From Anaeromyxobacteraceae bacterium (GTDB lineage: Bacteria; Myxococcota; Myxococcia; Myxococcales; Anaeromyxobacteraceae): 64,000 bases of DNA. Below, in pieces: positions 63,868-64,000 of the stretch. The translations under genes were made by a program, and so were the position numbers. The first letter of the stretch is position 1; each line of letters opens with the position of its first letter. Location of the stretch: the NCBI GenBank assembly GCA_047602405.1, contig JASGHJ010000001.1:1920001-1984000 (forward strand), given 5' to 3'. A model generated the notes under the pieces. The model saw only the letters and a list, made by a program, of their open reading frames with translations. It was not told the origin of the DNA and did no database searches.

Positions 63868-64000
63868 ATGGCGGGTCCGTCGGGTCGCTACTCGAGGCAG
63901 GAGCTGTTCGCGCCGGTGGGGCGCGAGGGGCAGGCGCGCCTCCGCGCCGCGCGCGTGCTCGTGGTCGGCTGCGGCGGCCTGGGCTCGAACGCCGCGAACC
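63868..64000 (+). CDS. ThiF/MoeB family adenylyltransferase (3'-truncated by the window)
   Basis: RYSRQ...GQARL...VLVVGCGGLGS motif. Confidence 0.88.
   Translation, partial: MAGPSGRYSRQELFAPVGREGQARLRAARVLVVGCGGLGSNAAN

Overview
Very GC-rich bacterial DNA that looks myxobacterial (Anaeromyxobacter-like). This is inferred from gene content and MYXO-CTERM-type tails. The core is a minus-strand Hyb-type [NiFe]-hydrogenase locus: hybO-hybA-hybB-hybC, a maturation protease, an inserted IS1182-family element, then hypF-hypC-hypD-hypE-crotonase-hypD-hypA-hypB. Around it are O2/redox/iron genes (two hemerythrins, CtaA, YwiC, a NapC/NirT-type cytochrome, HemF, Bfr/Bfd, NDH-2, a B12-binding MerR regulator) and housekeeping or envelope genes. 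Best leads: (1) a stand-alone crotonase inside the hyp operon with a HypX-like Tyr/Gly-x-Glu motif, between two intact hypD paralogs; (2) a four-helix-bundle (IVP/Avd-like) gene enclosed by register-matched inverted hexamer arrays; (3) a ~650-nt non-coding nested palindrome; (4) a REP-like palindrome inserted in frame in hypF; (5) a Fur C-terminal-domain-only protein behind a Fur-like box, coupled to bfd. Seven genes carry +1 frameshifts, five of them at GATC read as GAATC/GATTC, so these are probably sequencing artefacts rather than pseudogenes. All family calls are from motif recognition by eye; no searches were run. No tRNA, rRNA or CRISPR array was recognised.
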